NCBI RefSeq assembly: GCF_018350175.1
Contig: NC_058368.1
Coordinates: 54,066,001 to 54,130,000, forward strand
Source: Felis catus
Taxonomy: Eukaryota
Direction of reading: 5' to 3'
Length of the DNA: 64,000 nucleotides
The notes under the pieces are model-generated. The model was not told where the DNA came from, did no database searches, and worked only from the letters and a program-made list of their open reading frames with translations. Position 1 is the stretch's first letter, and each line of letters starts with the position of its first letter. This document shows, piece by piece, positions 61,336-64,000 of the stretch. The position numbers and the translations under genes were made by a program.

Positions 61336-62698
61336 AGCAATACAGGCTGTAAGTTTAGTTCCACTTCTGTCTCTTAAAGGATAGGTAAAGGTTTCTGTTA
61401 CATTGAAGGAAAGATATTCTCCCGTGGCTTAAGGAAAGATATTCTCCTGTGGCTTCTCTAGTGAGAATTCAGTACCTCTCTCCAAAGGAAACGACATGGC
61501 AAAGGAAATAGGTGGAAGTACCTGAAATACAATTTTAGGTATACCATCCAGAGGTATATGGATGACTTGGGCTTTTGTGGGTTGGACCTACTTAGGCTTT
61601 TGGGATTAATAATCATTAGAACCCTGTATTTTAGGGAAATGACATTCAGTTTGGAAATTAAAAAAAAACAGTTTCAAGAGCTAGTGTTTTGGACAGGAGT
61701 TATAAAAGTTGGGTAGGGAATTAAGGACCCAACAAAATGTTGACTGAATAAACCAATACAGAAAACTCAGTTGCTGGTATGGAACAAGCATAGCAGGGGT
61801 TTGAGGAGCAGCTAGTAAACGAGTGGATTTCAAAGAAAACCACATTTGGGGCCACAAAACAACTTTCAGCTTGAACCTATTGGTGGTTCTAGGGCTTGTG
61901 ATACATTGCTAAGTAGCTTGTTTGCCACAATTGTAAGTCTTTAGAATTTACCAGAGTAAGTCTGGGGAAGGTAGGATCTGGACAGTGGTCTGCCATTAGA
62001 TGACAACTAATAAGCATTTTCTGAGTGTAATTATTGCTCCGACACTTTGCCCATTTATCTAATCATAGAAATAACAGACTGGATAATGTATAATTATCAC
62101 CATGTTACTTTGACCTTCAGATCACTTCTAGAAAACATTTCTGATGATTCTTTTTAATTTTTTGCTATCATAATGATTCACAGTGGAGCTGGATAAGGAA
62201 GAATAAAGGAATAAGGTTAAGTAGAAAACTCAAACACACTATGGACTGGTAATTTTCCACTACTGAAGAGAAAATGTCACTTTTCTCCCAAACAACCCAA
62301 TCTTTACTCATACCACCAATGTACGTAACATGATTGATATTGCATATCTGCTACATAAACATTGCTTTAATATTTTTCATTACTTTTGCCCAAATGACCC
62401 TGAGTAAATGTAGTATCTGGCACAAGGTGCTAGAGTCATGGCACTGATTCAAAGCCAGTGGCTTTGTTGCACAACATGGAACTCTCAGAACTTTGGCATA
62501 GCTAGAGGTTTTTTTCCTTAAAAAAGTTTTATTTGATATTTCACCTTTATTATCCATGAAGCTCTATTGCCTAGTAATAAGACACTAAAGGCTAACGGGA
62601 ACCAAACAAATGAGATATTTTAAATTCCCAAATAGGGAAATGGTAAAGAAATACTCTACATGTGAATAGTGCCCAGCAGTTGGCAAAATATTTTAATT

Positions 62699-62730
62699 TA
62701 CACACACATACACACACACACACTCTACCT

Positions 62731-62765
<35 letters not shown>

Positions 62766-62898
62766 TTTTTTTTTTTTTTAAGTAGGCTCCATGCCCAGCA
62801 CTTCAGAGCACACTGTGGGGCTTGACTTCAAGACCCTGAGATAAGACTTGAGCTGAGATCAAGAGTCAGAAGCTTAACTAACTGACACTCAGGTGCCC
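62699..62898 (-). mobile_element. Short CanSINE with (TG)n tail facing a (CA)n tract
   Basis: (CA)n 62700-62723, (TG)n 62735-62762, SINE body to 62898; ctacctt flanks. Confidence 0.8.
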
Positions 62899-63234
62899 TA
62901 CCTTTTTGGTAGTAGTAAGAACTGATGTTAGCAAGAATAAAGCTTACCTTCTTACAAAAGAAGGAAATGTTATTCTCTTCTTTCTATAAATGTCCTCATA
63001 TTTACTGATAGCAATGTTTAGAGAAAAGTTTTTAAACCTTCTGAGTACAACCTTCACAGTTGTACTCTTATTCAATGAAGGCCAGCTATCTGCACCCTTT
63101 GGACTGAGTCAAGAACATTTCAAGGACATTTAGATTTTCCATGTGATGCCACATGGGGCTGAAGCACACATTTTTTTTTTGTTACAATAAAAAATCAAGT
63201 GGAGGAAACTTTTGACACAATCTTTAACAGTTCT

Positions 63235-63461
63235 ATTTTTATTTAGTTATTTTAAATTTTATTTTAACGTATATATATTTTTGAGAGAGACAGAGTGCAA
63301 GCAGGGGAGGGGCAGAGAGAGAAGGAGACACAGAATCTGAAGCAGGCTACAGCCTCTGAGCTGTCAGCACAGAGCCTGATGCAGGGCTTGAACTCACGAA
63401 CTCTGAGATCATGACCTGGGCCGAAGTTGGATGCTTAAACGACTGAACCACCCAGGTGCCC
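63235..63461 (-). mobile_element. Felid CanSINE
   Basis: TSD aacagttct. Confidence 0.93.
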
Positions 63462-63764
63462 AAACAGTTCTGTTTTTAAAAAACTGTAATTTCACCTTCT
63501 TCATGTCAAAAAGATATAAGTGTATACATCAAATGATCCTAGCTCACATAAACCAGTTGGAGTTTTTCTATGCCTACAAATATTTTATTACAATTTCTTA
63601 ATTCATTTTTAAAATATAAAACATGTAAAAAAAAGAATTTTTAAATAAAAGCTTAGTAGATTATTTAAAGACACCTCTCAAATGTTCATCCATACTTCTC
63701 ACAATGCAGTCATCAATTCTATGAAAAAAAATTTTTTTAAATCACACTAATGGTATTTTAATGC

Positions 63765-64000
63765 ATTTTATTTATTTTTTAAATTTTAAAAATTTTTTAA
63801 AAAGTTTATTTATTTCGAGAGAGAGAGAGAGCACACGTGCATGTGCATACACACAGTGGGGGAGGGACAGAAAGAGGTGAAGAGAGGGAGAATCCCAAGT
63901 ATGCTTTGTTCTGTCAGCCAAGAGCCTGATGCAGGGCTCTATCTCACAAACATGAAATCATGACCTGAGCCAAAACCAAGACTGGGTCTCTTAACCAGCT
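63765..64000 (-). mobile_element. CanSINE cut by the window end
   Basis: Antisense tail and body; the head lies beyond 64000. Confidence 0.88.

Overview
This window is mammalian genomic DNA, almost certainly from a felid: about 35 carnivore tRNA-derived CanSINEs are present, including young SINEC_Fc-type copies. It holds one protein-coding gene, SPRY2 (Sprouty RTK signalling antagonist 2), on the minus strand. The CDS is 28325-29272 (315 aa) in a single coding exon, with a non-coding first exon in a CpG island near 32.2-32.9 kb, a ~2.8 kb intron and a ~0.8 kb 3'UTR. The rest is gene-poor flank of SINEs, L1/L2/MIR relics, LTR fragments, DNA-transposon fossils and microsatellites. All other ORFs in the track look like repeat-derived or GC-rich chance ORFs. 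I found no convincing novel multi-gene system. The best leads are regulatory: an out-of-frame uORF overlapping the SPRY2 start, an apparently broken miR-21 seed site beside intact miR-23/miR-27 sites, candidate alternative 5'UTR exons, and a convergent CTCF motif pair around an ETS-rich SINE-free block. There is also a three-layer SINE insertion that reused one target site. Repeat family names and human comparisons come from my recall of consensus sequences, not from a search, and old-repeat boundaries are approximate.
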